36,699 nucleotides of DNA. It comes from Candidatus Pacearchaeota archaeon CG10_big_fil_rev_8_21_14_0_10_30_48. Lineage in GTDB: Archaea > Nanobdellota > Nanobdellia > Pacearchaeales > GW2011-AR1. This document shows positions 1 to 8,737 of this stretch, piece by piece. The notes beneath the pieces were generated by a model. It searched no databases and had not been told where the DNA came from. It saw only the letters and a list, made by a program, of their open reading frames with translations. Each line of letters begins with the position of its first letter. The stretch's first letter is position 1. A program made the translations under genes and the position numbers. Location of the stretch: contig PFCU01000048.1 of assembly GCA_002763155.1 (NCBI GenBank), forward strand, positions 1 to 36,699. Direction: 5' to 3'.

Positions 1-390
1 CTTCCACATAATGAAAATTTTATTCTTACTCCTCAAACTGAAGAAGCTATATTTCTTTTAGGAGAAGCTACTCAAGAGTATTTTAAGAGATTTACAAAAA
101 ACAGACAAATTAGTTTTTATAATGTTAAACAATCAGAAAAAAATCAAACACTAGTTAATTATCTGTGGTTCGGTATTCTCCGTGGTGATCCTTATGTTGG
201 CGCTTGGGGCTGGGGCTTGGTCGACGTTGACAGGTCTTTCGGGGTGTTGGAAACTGTGCCGAAGGAACACGCGCCGGAAGATTTAGAGTCTTATATTTCT
301 AAGTTAAACCAAGAAAGAGATAATCAAATAGCTGAAGTTAACCAAAGGTATGAAACAGCGATGAGAACTTTGAAAGGCGAATTATTATAG
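1..390 (+). CDS. 5'-truncated CDS (not in ORF track); putative DGR target protein with a variable region and a C-terminal helical tail
   Basis: Frame 1 is open from base 1 to TAG at 388-390: LPHNENFILTPQTEEAIFLLGEATQEYFKRFTKNRQISFYNVKQSEKNQTLVNYLWFGILRGDPYVGAWGWGLVDVDRSFGVLETVPKEHAPEDLESYISKLNQERDNQIAEVNQRYETAMRTLKGELL*. The LWF...RSFGV segment resembles the end of CLec-type DGR targets. Confidence 0.8.
   Translation, partial: LPHNENFILTPQTEEAIFLLGEATQEYFKRFTKNRQISFYNVKQSEKNQTLVNYLWFGILRGDPYVGAWGWGLVDVDRSFGVLETVPKEHAPEDLESYISKLNQERDNQIAEVNQRYETAMRTLKGELL
163..246 (+). repeat. Putative DGR variable repeat (VR)
   Basis: Only 6 A in 84 nt, versus 69 A in the preceding 162 nt of the same ORF. 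None of the 28 codons ends in A and 20 end in C/T, as expected from A-to-N mutagenesis of AAC/AAT template codons. A GC-rich imperfect hairpin follows at 256-270. Confidence 0.7.
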
Positions 391-474
391 ATAATTATTT
401 AAAGATATTTTATGGTATCCTAGAATGGAAAAAAGAAACTTACCAAAATGTAAATTGCAGGAACAATTTACATA

Positions 475-741
475 ATGGAAAAAGACATTGGAAAGATACC
501 AAAGAATGCTGAAACAGATATTTTAGTAAGAATTGATGATTTTGGTGGAAAGGTGGGAGTTACAATTAGAGAATTTGTTACAAGTGAGAAATATAAAGGA
601 TTTACAAAAGCTGGAACAAGAATTTCAGCGGAAAATTTTTCTGCTTTCAAAAAACTTATTAATTCAATTGATGAAAAGGAATTGAAATCCGCTAAATCAG
701 AAGTTACGGAAGAATCTTCTGAAGATGTTGAAGATTATTAA
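475..741 (+). CDS. PC4/YdbC-like ssDNA-binding protein
   Basis: Pattern ILVRIDDFGGKVGVTIREF...FTKAGTRIS followed by a helix matches the PC4 fold; acidic tail. Confidence 0.7.
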   Translation: MEKDIGKIPKNAETDILVRIDDFGGKVGVTIREFVTSEKYKGFTKAGTRISAENFSAFKKLINSIDEKELKSAKSEVTEESSEDVEDY

Positions 742-807
742 GAAGATTTTTAAAGTAGCTATTTATAATTTTTAAGAGGTGATAGCACCTCGGATGCTTA
801 ATTCTGA

Positions 808-1620
808 ATGAATAAAATGAACGAACAACAAGTAAAAGAACGTATTTTGGCTCATCTTAATTGGAATGAGAAAACTACAAGAGAAGAGTTGAGAGGATTG
901 GTAGCAAGTAGTTTGGGAATTGTTGATGGTGGTTCTGGACCAACTTTATTTAATAGATATCAATCTCATCATGGTGGAGATGTAGAAAATATTTTATTAG
1001 CCACAACCTATTTACCATTAAATCACCCAATTAATAAAGAAATTCCTAGACAATATTGGGAATTTCAAGAAGATATTTCAAGATTAAATTTCGGAAAATT
1101 AAGTGAAATAAATTTGAAGAAAAAAGTTGATGAGATTGGAAATGTTTCTCATAATATGGCTCGTGCTCTTTACGAAAGTTATTCTGATACTATTACTCCA
1201 GAAAGAGCAGAATCTTTACGAAGTGCATCTAGAAATATTGTAAATTATGGCGATAACTTTACAGTTAAGGAATTGGAATCCTTATATAATCAAGTAGCTA
1301 TTTCTCTTCATTTAGTGCGTATCTCAGATTATAAAGAATGTGGGTTTAAATTTGCAAAAGAAATATATAATATTGGCCGGAATTGGAAAGAAGATTTTAA
1401 ACATTTTTTCTCGCCTTTAATAATTAATAAATTGGCTCCAGATTATTTTGATACAGCTCTTGAATTTTATATTCAAGCTTATCAAGATTTGGATGGATTA
1501 AATAAGGATTTTTGTTTTGAATCAATTGCAAAGAATTTAAAAAAGACTGATAACAAAATTAATCCGAACAAAATTCCTCAAGGAAAGTTTAGAGAGGGAT
1601 TACAGAAATTGCTTTTGTGA
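808..1620 (+). CDS. Hypothetical protein
   Basis: 270-aa ORF with host-like codon usage; no recognised motif. Confidence 0.7.
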   Translation: MNKMNEQQVKERILAHLNWNEKTTREELRGLVASSLGIVDGGSGPTLFNRYQSHHGGDVENILLATTYLPLNHPINKEIPRQYWEFQEDISRLNFGKLSEINLKKKVDEIGNVSHNMARALYESYSDTITPERAESLRSASRNIVNYGDNFTVKELESLYNQVAISLHLVRISDYKECGFKFAKEIYNIGRNWKEDFKHFFSPLIINKLAPDYFDTALEFYIQAYQDLDGLNKDFCFESIAKNLKKTDNKINPNKIPQGKFREGLQKLLL

Positions 1621-1666
1621 TTATCTAAATACAAATATTTAAATAATTGTTGACATTATTTATTTT

Positions 1667-1963
1667 ATGGATAATAAAGAAAGATTAATGAAAGAAATAG
1701 AAACTCTTGAAATTAGAGCTAAATTTATTGGGAGAGGTTTTAAAAGTAGAAATTCTTTAACAGGAGAAGATACAAAATCTTATAGTGTTGTTCCAGAAAT
1801 ACTTCAACTTACTGATTCTGTTATTGGAGCTGATGGTTTAGCGATGAATATAGAAGAATGTGCTAGAAGAAGTAGATATAATAGGAATAGTAGTAAGATG
1901 ATTGGTCCAGCACCAAGAAAATATGGTCATCATGGTATTGCTATTCAATATAAAAATGAATAA
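1667..1963 (+). CDS. Hypothetical protein
   Basis: 98-aa ORF; TATA-like TTTAAATA about 25 nt upstream. Confidence 0.65.
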   Translation: MDNKERLMKEIETLEIRAKFIGRGFKSRNSLTGEDTKSYSVVPEILQLTDSVIGADGLAMNIEECARRSRYNRNSSKMIGPAPRKYGHHGIAIQYKNE

Positions 1964-2005
1964 AATTAAATGACCTGTTTCATAAATTATTAATTTTCAA
2001 AAAAT

Positions 2006-2296
2006 TTAATCTAATTCATATTTTTCCATTAATTTTATTGCTTGATGCCATTCTCTTATCGAAGGATAATCCCTATCATTATATGCTTTTTCAAATGAAT
2101 TAACTATTTGTTGTAAATTAGAATCTCTTTCTGTTTCATCAAGTTGATTAAGTTTGTCAAAAAGTTTTCTATAGACATGATTGAATCTTGATTTGATTTC
2201 TTCTCTAGTTCTATTATATCTTATTGAAATATTAATTGTTGCGAATGTTAGACTTCCAATTATAATTAAATTAATTAAATTCTCTTGATTTTCCAT
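2006..2296 (-). CDS. Hypothetical protein with N-terminal membrane anchor
   Basis: Hydrophobic stretch LINLIIIGSLTFATINISI; start overlaps the stop of the upstream dph2 part. Confidence 0.65.
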   Translation of the reverse strand: MENQENLINLIIIGSLTFATINISIRYNRTREEIKSRFNHVYRKLFDKLNQLDETERDSNLQQIVNSFEKAYNDRDYPSIREWHQAIKLMEKYELD

Positions 2297-3036
2297 TATC
2301 CAAATTCCTCCAAAGCCTTTGTTGGATTGAACGCTTCATGTAAATTAATTATTGGTTTATCTGTATTTACAATGTCATCAGTTCCAATTCGAGGACAGGC
2401 AGTGTTAACCCATGATTGAATAAATGTGTAATTTTCTAAATCGTTTAAATCTAATGAATTTCCTATGAAAATATAGGCTTTTTTACCTTCTTTTTCTAAT
2501 TGTTCTTTTAGTTTTTTTGCAGAATTAAAATATTGTTGTCCTGGTTTTATTGTGACTAAAATTCCAATAGTGGTTGAATTAACATACATTTTAAGATTTC
2601 TTTTCATTCGAGTTATTTGATTTTCAATAGAGTCTTTATCTAATTCTTCTATTGAATTTGACATTGGATTGAAAGTTGTAACTGGTTTTATTCTTTGAGT
2701 TTTTGCTTGTGCTAAGAGTAATGCTTTTGGATGAAATAAACCATCTCCGATGTATAAAATTAAATCAGATTCTTCAATTATTGAATTTTCGAAAGAATTT
2801 GAGTAACAATCGCAACCGAGGATTTGGATTTTATCCGAGGTTCTTTTTGCTTTAGTTGTGTTTACTTTAATTTCTAAAATTTCTAATTGATTAATAAATT
2901 CATCTAAATCTGTAAATTGTGTTGAAGCAAAGAGTGCGAGTGATTTTGTTTTGTGTTTTTTTAAATATTCTTTTAACTTTTCTGTTAATTCAATTTTTCC
3001 ATCCCATTTTGCGTCGATAAAAACTAGTTCTGTCAT
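2296..3036 (-). CDS. dph2: Diphthamide biosynthesis protein Dph2, C-terminal part (domains 2-3)
   Basis: QILGC, YIGDGLFHP, GILVTIKPGQ and NTACPRI motifs; carries two of the three Fe-S cysteines. Confidence 0.9.
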   Translation of the reverse strand: MTELVFIDAKWDGKIELTEKLKEYLKKHKTKSLALFASTQFTDLDEFINQLEILEIKVNTTKAKRTSDKIQILGCDCYSNSFENSIIEESDLILYIGDGLFHPKALLLAQAKTQRIKPVTTFNPMSNSIEELDKDSIENQITRMKRNLKMYVNSTTIGILVTIKPGQQYFNSAKKLKEQLEKEGKKAYIFIGNSLDLNDLENYTFIQSWVNTACPRIGTDDIVNTDKPIINLHEAFNPTKALEEFG

Positions 3037-3037
3037 T

Positions 3038-3361
3038 TTAATGATTCCTTAACTTAACTAAACCTTTTATCATTTTGGCATGTAAGCTGTTCTCATGTTC
3101 ATACCTGTTTTTTTCATCAGATGCAAGAATTTCTCTTAAAATTACTTCTTTAGTTGCAATTGAGGTTTTAATAGTATCTTTACACAATTCTAATTCTACG
3201 TCATATCCCTTAATTTCTCTTTGATATAATTGAATACCATGTTCTAAAATTATTGCTTGTTTGTAACTTTTTAGGAAAGGAGTTTCATATTCTTTAATTG
3301 CCCATTCTCTTATCTCTGTTAATAATTTTTCTCTATCTATCATTACCATTCCTCCTTCCAA
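3038..3361 (-). CDS. Hypothetical protein between the two dph2 parts
   Basis: 107-aa ORF on the same strand; the true start may be a downstream Met after the GGAGG in the first codons. Confidence 0.6.
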   Translation of the reverse strand: MEGGMVMIDREKLLTEIREWAIKEYETPFLKSYKQAIILEHGIQLYQREIKGYDVELELCKDTIKTSIATKEVILREILASDEKNRYEHENSLHAKMIKGLVKLRNH

Positions 3362-3603
3362 AATCGGTTATGTCCAAATTGAATCATTAAATCGATTTTT
3401 AGAATGTCTAAGCCAAGAGGTAAATCGCAAGCGCCGAAGCAGTTTCCTAGAAAAATAAATGCTTTTGCTTCAGTGTTTTTTTCAATGTGTTCAATAATTT
3501 CATTGGCTTGGTTTTTTAGACCATCTGGTAATTGAATTAAAACTTGTTTAGATTCGCGAGATTTTATTTCTTCAATTACTTTGGGCAGTTCTAGTTTATA
3601 CAT
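3343..3603 (-). CDS. dph2: Diphthamide biosynthesis protein Dph2, N-terminal domain (stand-alone)
   Basis: VLIQLPDGLK, CFGACDL and IQFGH motifs of the Dph1/Dph2 N-terminal domain, including the first Fe-S cysteine. Confidence 0.88.
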   Translation of the reverse strand: MYKLELPKVIEEIKSRESKQVLIQLPDGLKNQANEIIEHIEKNTEAKAFIFLGNCFGACDLPLGLDILKIDLMIQFGHNRFWKEEW

Positions 3604-3673
3604 ATTTCCCTCACTTTTGACAGTTATTTAAAACTTCCGAAATGTTTATTATAGGATTTATTTCAATATTTAT

Positions 3674-4015
3674 ATGGAACGTTATTTAAATGATAAGATT
3701 ATACATGCTGGAGAAATGGGCCTTCAATTTTTGATGGAAGGAATGAAATATAAAGATAATAAAGATTTTAGTTCTGCAACTAGATCTTACGCTGTTTCTT
3801 GGGGCTTTAACTCTTATCAAGAAGATGCAGAGCTTATGGAAGTGTGTGATAAATTAATTGTGTCTTGTGGTGTTGATTCTGAAGACCTTCAATATTTTCA
3901 TGAATATGGAAGAGAAGTAGTAGATTATTGTTTTAATCTCGAGAATCTTGTTAATATTGTTTCTGGAAAACCTTTGGGAAAAAGGTTTAATCCTCCGAAA
4001 GGGATTTTTGATTAA
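3674..4015 (+). CDS. Hypothetical protein
   Basis: 113-aa ORF divergent from dph2; TTTATTATA about 25 nt upstream. Confidence 0.6.
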   Translation: MERYLNDKIIHAGEMGLQFLMEGMKYKDNKDFSSATRSYAVSWGFNSYQEDAELMEVCDKLIVSCGVDSEDLQYFHEYGREVVDYCFNLENLVNIVSGKPLGKRFNPPKGIFD

Positions 4016-4939
4016 TTAAATTCCTAAAATATTCTTCAATTCTTCAAGGGTTTTAGTTTGAGATAATTCTTTTCTTAATTTTGCGGCGCTTTGTTCTCCT
4101 TTTGTGAAAGAAATTGAATGGTTTTTTATTTGTTTAAAATTGACTTTGTGTTTTTTTGCTAATTTTAAATATTCTTTGAATTGATCAATTTTTGGTTTTG
4201 AATCGTATTTTCCTGTTTTTAGATAATCATTTATTTGTTTGAAAATATATGGATTTCCCATTGCTCCGCGAGCAATTAAAATGTAATCTACTCTTGATTC
4301 TTCTAAACGTTTTTTGAAATCTTCTGGAGTGAAAACATCTCCGTTTCCAATGACCGGAATTTTTACTGATTGTTTTACTTGTTTTATTATTTCCCAATCT
4401 GCTTGACCTGAATAGCCTTGTTTTTGTGTTCGGCCGTGAATAGCTATTGCTGAAGCGCCGTTTTTTTCAGCGATTTTGGCAACTTCAATTGCATTAGTGT
4501 TTTTTTCATCAATTCCTTTTCTGATTTTAATTGTAATTGGTTTATTAGTTGCTGAAGATAATTGTTTAACTAACTCTCCGATTTTTTTTGGAGATTTTAA
4601 TAACTCACTTCCTGCGCCTGTTTTGATAACTTTCCAGGCAGGACAGCCACAATTAATATCAATTATGTCGAAACTTTTTTCTAGGAATTTTGTTGCTTGA
4701 ATTAATTCTTCGACATAATTTCCAAATAATTGCACTTGCGATGGAGATTCAGATTTATCTATTGCCAGCATTTCTTTTGTTTTTTTGTCTTTTCTTACTA
4801 AAGCAGCGCTTGAAACAAATTCTGTACAAGTTAGTGCTGCGCCGTATTTTTTACATAGGGCTCTGAAAGCAACGTCGGTAACTCCTGCCATCGGAGAGAG
4901 AATTGCTTTGCCTTTTAGTTTTGGAAATTGTTGTTTCAT
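4016..4939 (-). CDS. dusB: tRNA-dihydrouridine synthase (DusB/NifR3-like)
   Basis: LSPMAGVTD, QLFG, DINCGCP, HGRT and GNGDV motifs. Confidence 0.92.
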   Translation of the reverse strand: MKQQFPKLKGKAILSPMAGVTDVAFRALCKKYGAALTCTEFVSSAALVRKDKKTKEMLAIDKSESPSQVQLFGNYVEELIQATKFLEKSFDIIDINCGCPAWKVIKTGAGSELLKSPKKIGELVKQLSSATNKPITIKIRKGIDEKNTNAIEVAKIAEKNGASAIAIHGRTQKQGYSGQADWEIIKQVKQSVKIPVIGNGDVFTPEDFKKRLEESRVDYILIARGAMGNPYIFKQINDYLKTGKYDSKPKIDQFKEYLKLAKKHKVNFKQIKNHSISFTKGEQSAAKLRKELSQTKTLEELKNILGI

Positions 4940-4989
4940 AATAATTAAAGAATGCGAAGATTTAAATAACTTTTATTAGAGATGATAAA

Positions 4990-5328
4990 ATGGAAAATGT
5001 AAGATTATACTGGACTAATGAAGGAGTCATAGTTACCGATAATAAAAATGATGTTTTGTATAGTGAGAAGCATTCTCCTTGGGCCGGTATTCCTTTGGGT
5101 TCTCATCTTGGAAATGGAAGAATTGGACCTCTAAAAACTGAAAATAATTATCCAATTGAACATCATAAAATGTTTCGTGGTTCTGGAGGATTATGTCATA
5201 ATTTTATAATTGAAGATTTTGAGTTGGTTAGAAGGGGTGATTTTTATGAAGCTTATAAATATTTAATTGAAAATAAACGTGGTTTTCGAGATATTGTCGA
5301 AGCTATTGATTTTATTGAAGAGAAATAG
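4990..5328 (+). CDS. Hypothetical protein
   Basis: 112-aa ORF; no recognised motif. Confidence 0.55.
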   Translation: MENVRLYWTNEGVIVTDNKNDVLYSEKHSPWAGIPLGSHLGNGRIGPLKTENNYPIEHHKMFRGSGGLCHNFIIEDFELVRRGDFYEAYKYLIENKRGFRDIVEAIDFIEEK

Positions 5329-5362
5329 TCAACTATATAAAATTCAAATAAGTTATTTTTTT

Positions 5363-5740
5363 ATGAGAAAAGAGGATTTTAAGAAAAAACTTTCTTCTGA
5401 AGAATATAATGTCCTTAGAGAAAAAGGAACTGAGAGGCCGTTTAATTCTGAATTGTTGAAAGAGAAACGGAAGGGAAATTTTGTTTGTAAGGCTTGTGGA
5501 AATGTGATTTTTGATTCGAAAACGAAGTTTGATTCTGGAACAGGTTGGCCGAGCTTTTATGATGCTCGAAAAAATAGTGTTAAGATTAAAAATGATTTTT
5601 CTATGGGAATTCCTCGGAAAGAAGTTATTTGTTTAAAATGTGGTTCGCATCTTGGACATGTTTTTGATGATGGTCCGAAAGAAAAAACAGGGAAGAGATA
5701 TTGCATTAATGGTGTTGCGTTAGGGTTTAAGAAAAATTAA
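5363..5740 (+). CDS. msrB: Peptide-methionine (R)-S-oxide reductase
   Basis: GTERPF, CKAC and CLKC zinc pairs, GTGWPSF, HLGHVF, RYCING. Start moved to ATG 5363 (MRKEDFKKKLS). Confidence 0.95.
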   Translation: MRKEDFKKKLSSEEYNVLREKGTERPFNSELLKEKRKGNFVCKACGNVIFDSKTKFDSGTGWPSFYDARKNSVKIKNDFSMGIPRKEVICLKCGSHLGHVFDDGPKEKTGKRYCINGVALGFKKN

Positions 5741-6171
5741 TTAGTTTTTGTTTCAACTTGCTCATATAAATCATAAAAATCAGATTGATTAAATCTTCTT
5801 ATTGCCTCTGAAGTAAAAGAATTTCCTAAATCTCCTAAAATTCTATGCGACACTGTTTCAGTTAAACTATCAAAATATTCGTAAGCGTGTTGAATCTGGC
5901 CAGATGTTAATTGTCCTTTTCTTCCGATATTTCTCATAGCCTCTTTAATTCCTTCAACAAATAAAGAAGTATATTCTTCTGGATTAACAGATTCAAATTT
6001 AAAATCTTCAAGTCTTGAAGCAAAATACTCTGCGAAACCGGCATAAATAGGATGATGGTTATTTCTTTGAAATTCTTCTACACTAACTCCTTCAAGAGAA
6101 TGATATCTTATCTCTCTTAATTCATCTATTAATCTTTCTTTTGGTAAGGCTGTTTCGTGATAATTTTCCAT
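5737..6171 (-). CDS. Hypothetical protein
   Basis: ORF track entry 5737..6240; start moved to ATG 6171 (MENYHE) to avoid overlapping the upstream gene. Confidence 0.6.
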   Translation of the reverse strand: MENYHETALPKERLIDELREIRYHSLEGVSVEEFQRNNHHPIYAGFAEYFASRLEDFKFESVNPEEYTSLFVEGIKEAMRNIGRKGQLTSGQIQHAYEYFDSLTETVSHRILGDLGNSFTSEAIRRFNQSDFYDLYEQVETKTN

Positions 6172-6214
6172 TGGATAATTATTGGAGAATTCAACTATAT
6201 AAATTTTTAGATAA

Positions 6215-6805
6215 TTAACTAAAACTTTTCCCGCAACCACATTCTTTTGTTGCGTTTGGGTTTAAAAATTTGAAACCAGATTCTTTTAAAGAATCTATAA
6301 AATCAATTGTTGTTCCGCTAAGATATTCCATACTTTCTCTATCGACAGAAATTTCTAAATTATTTTGTTTGAATTTTAGGTCTTCTTTCGGGGCATTTTC
6401 GATAAGTTCTAAATCATAAGTATATCCTGAACAACCGCCTGCTAAGACACTAATTCGTAAGGTATTTTTCTCTTTACCTTCTGATTTAATTATTTCATTA
6501 ATTTTTTTAATGGCTTTATCTGAAAGTTTTAGTGAGAAGTTTTTGATTTCTTTTATTGCTTTCTTTTCTTGTTTTGAGTTTATTGCTTTGTTTAAATCTG
6601 AAACTAATTTATTTAATTCTTTTTCTGAAAATCCGTGACCTAAAACTCCTTGTTCCAAGGTTTCAAATCCAGATGCTCCACAACCAATACAGTGAATTCC
6701 GAATTCCATCATTATTTCTGAAAGCAGGTGTGCTTTTTCAGGATGTTCTGCTAAAATCTCCGCAATTACCATTTCTTTATTTATTATTTGTAATGTTTGT
6801 TTCAT
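6215..6805 (-). CDS. A-type Fe-S carrier (HesB/IscA family) with N-terminal DUF1858-like domain
   Basis: GGCSGYTY and CGCGKSFS motifs; N-terminal IAEILAEHPE...GIHCIGC...ETLEQG..GHG resembles DUF1858. Start moved to ATG 6805. Confidence 0.88.
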   Translation of the reverse strand: MKQTLQIINKEMVIAEILAEHPEKAHLLSEIMMEFGIHCIGCGASGFETLEQGVLGHGFSEKELNKLVSDLNKAINSKQEKKAIKEIKNFSLKLSDKAIKKINEIIKSEGKEKNTLRISVLAGGCSGYTYDLELIENAPKEDLKFKQNNLEISVDRESMEYLSGTTIDFIDSLKESGFKFLNPNATKECGCGKSFS

Positions 6806-6844
6806 AGAATTATACAATTATTTGAGATTAAAAACTTAACTATT

Positions 6845-7285
6845 CTAATCCCTTAAAATATCTAATAATTTTTCGAGAACAACTGCCCCAGAAAGGTTTG
6901 GTTTTTTAGGTAAAAATACAGGTCTTTCTTCTCCAATTATATTTTTATAAGCTTTATTTAAAGCCGGTTTTAATTCTTCTTTTTCTAATATAGGAATATA
7001 ATCTTCTGTAATCCCAATATGAGAAATAAATTCATAAAGTCTTTTGTTAGAGATTCTTCCAGATTTAAGAGGTTTAGCAAAATCCTTTAATTTAGGAATT
7101 TCCCTTACAATTTCTTTCATTTCATCTGGAGAAAATTTAAAATATTCTTTCCTGACTTTTCCTAAAACATAATCTCTAAATCTTTTTGGAGTTCGATGTT
7201 CTTTTTGAACAATTTCTAATGCATAGGCTCGTAGTTCATCTTCACTAAGCCCATTTCTTGCAGAGGGTATAAAAGATATTCCCAT
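6845..7285 (-). CDS. Hypothetical protein
   Basis: 146-aa ORF; TATA-like element upstream. Confidence 0.6.
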   Translation of the reverse strand: MGISFIPSARNGLSEDELRAYALEIVQKEHRTPKRFRDYVLGKVRKEYFKFSPDEMKEIVREIPKLKDFAKPLKSGRISNKRLYEFISHIGITEDYIPILEKEELKPALNKAYKNIIGEERPVFLPKKPNLSGAVVLEKLLDILRD

Positions 7286-7334
7286 TATTAACTATGATGT
7301 TTAATTTGATTTAAATAATTATAGATAATATAGA

Positions 7335-7640
7335 TTAATTAGTTCTCGCAATTTGATCTTGATTAATATATTTTTTTATGTTATCCCATATTCGATTGTT
7401 TATTTCTTCCTCAAATAATTTTTCTTCTTCAGTCATCCATGATTCTCCTAAAGCTATAATGAATAAGGCGTAATTTTCATTAAATTTTTGTCCTTTGTCA
7501 ATTTCTATTAAAAGATCAGTTAACCTTCGAATATCTGGTTGAGTGTAACTTCCTTTGATTCCTTCAGCTAATTCTTGAATTTCACTTTCTGAAGAACTAA
7601 TAATTCTAGAATAAATTTCTCGAGGGTTTGAAAGGTTCAT
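7335..7640 (-). CDS. Hypothetical protein
   Basis: 101-aa ORF starting 1 nt after the sod stop. Confidence 0.6.
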   Translation of the reverse strand: MNLSNPREIYSRIISSSESEIQELAEGIKGSYTQPDIRRLTDLLIEIDKGQKFNENYALFIIALGESWMTEEEKLFEEEINNRIWDNIKKYINQDQIARTN

Positions 7641-7641
7641 T

Positions 7642-8256
7642 TTAATTTCCTTTAAATAATTCTTCGACTTTTTTCCAATTTATCACCTTGAAAAAAGCAT
7701 TGATATAATCTATTCGTTTGTTTTGGTATTTTAAGTAATAAGCATGTTCCCAAACATCTAAACCTAAAATTGGGATGTTTCCGTCCATAATTGGAGAGTC
7801 TTGGTTTGGAGTTGAAGTTATTTCTAATTTTCTTTTATGATTTTTTATTAACCATGCCCAACCGCTTCCAAATCTCGTTAAAGCTATATTTGAAAATTTT
7901 TCCTTGAATTCTTCGAAAGAACCAAATGTTTTGTTAATTTCTTCAGATAGTTCTCCTTCTGGCTTGTTTTCTTTTCCTTCTGGGTTTGAAATCATTAATT
8001 CCCAGAATAAAGAATGATTTGCGTGACCTCCCCCATTGTTAATTATTGCTGTGCGTTTATCTTCTGGAAAGGAATTAATATTTGATAAAATTTCTTTTAG
8101 GGGTTTATTTTCTAAATCTGTTCTATTTAACGCTGCATTTAATTTGTCAACATAACCTTGATGGTGTTTTGAATGGTGGATTTCCATTGTTTTAGCATCG
8201 ATATAAGGTTCTAAAGCAAAATATTCATAAGGGAGTTTAGGTAATGTAAAAGTCAT
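7642..8256 (-). CDS. sodA: Superoxide dismutase, Mn-type signature
   Basis: [30 protein letters not shown] and DVWEHAYY motifs. Confidence 0.96.
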   Translation of the reverse strand: MTFTLPKLPYEYFALEPYIDAKTMEIHHSKHHQGYVDKLNAALNRTDLENKPLKEILSNINSFPEDKRTAIINNGGGHANHSLFWELMISNPEGKENKPEGELSEEINKTFGSFEEFKEKFSNIALTRFGSGWAWLIKNHKRKLEITSTPNQDSPIMDGNIPILGLDVWEHAYYLKYQNKRIDYINAFFKVINWKKVEELFKGN

Positions 8257-8300
8257 AAATATTATTGATTAATGAGATATTTAAGTTTAACGATGGCGAT

Positions 8301-8552
8301 TTATTTTTTGTAATCTCTGAAATCAACCCAATCTAAAGTTCCATCTTGATTTTCATAACGCACTGCCCAAATTTTTCCTTTTTCAACCCCTTTAGAAGTT
8401 TGAGCTTTATAATTTCCATTCTCATCACCCCTTTGAAGAATTATTCTTATTCTTTCTTAATCAAATATATTTGTAATTGTGCTTGCTGTTTCTATATCTT
8501 TTTTATAACCTATGACTAAAATGTCCCTTGGAGGATTATCTTGTTTTTTCAT
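8301..8552 (-). pseudogene. Small hypothetical gene broken by one in-frame TAA
   Basis: MKKQDNPPRDILVIGYKKDIETASTITNIFD*ERIRIILQRGDENGNYKAQTSKGVEKGKIWAVRYENQDGTLDWVDFRDYKK*; internal stop at 8457-8459; TTTTATA box about 25 nt upstream of the ATG. Confidence 0.55.
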
Positions 8553-8737
8553 ATATTTTCATTAAATTAATTGTATAAAAAGATTATTATGATAAATTAT
8601 TTGAGTTTTATTTCTGAGGAAATTTAATTTTCTGAATACATAGTTTTATATATTAACTTTTTTATTAAATTATATCAAAATTTATTAGATTAAATTGGTT
8701 AGAGGAATATTCGCTATTTCTCAAAGATTATAATAAA

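Noticed and set aside
5072..5111. Short A-poor stretch in the 4990-5328 ORF as a second VR
   Set aside because: Short, mid-gene, explained by Pro/Gly/Trp codons, with no similarity to 163-246 and no hairpin.
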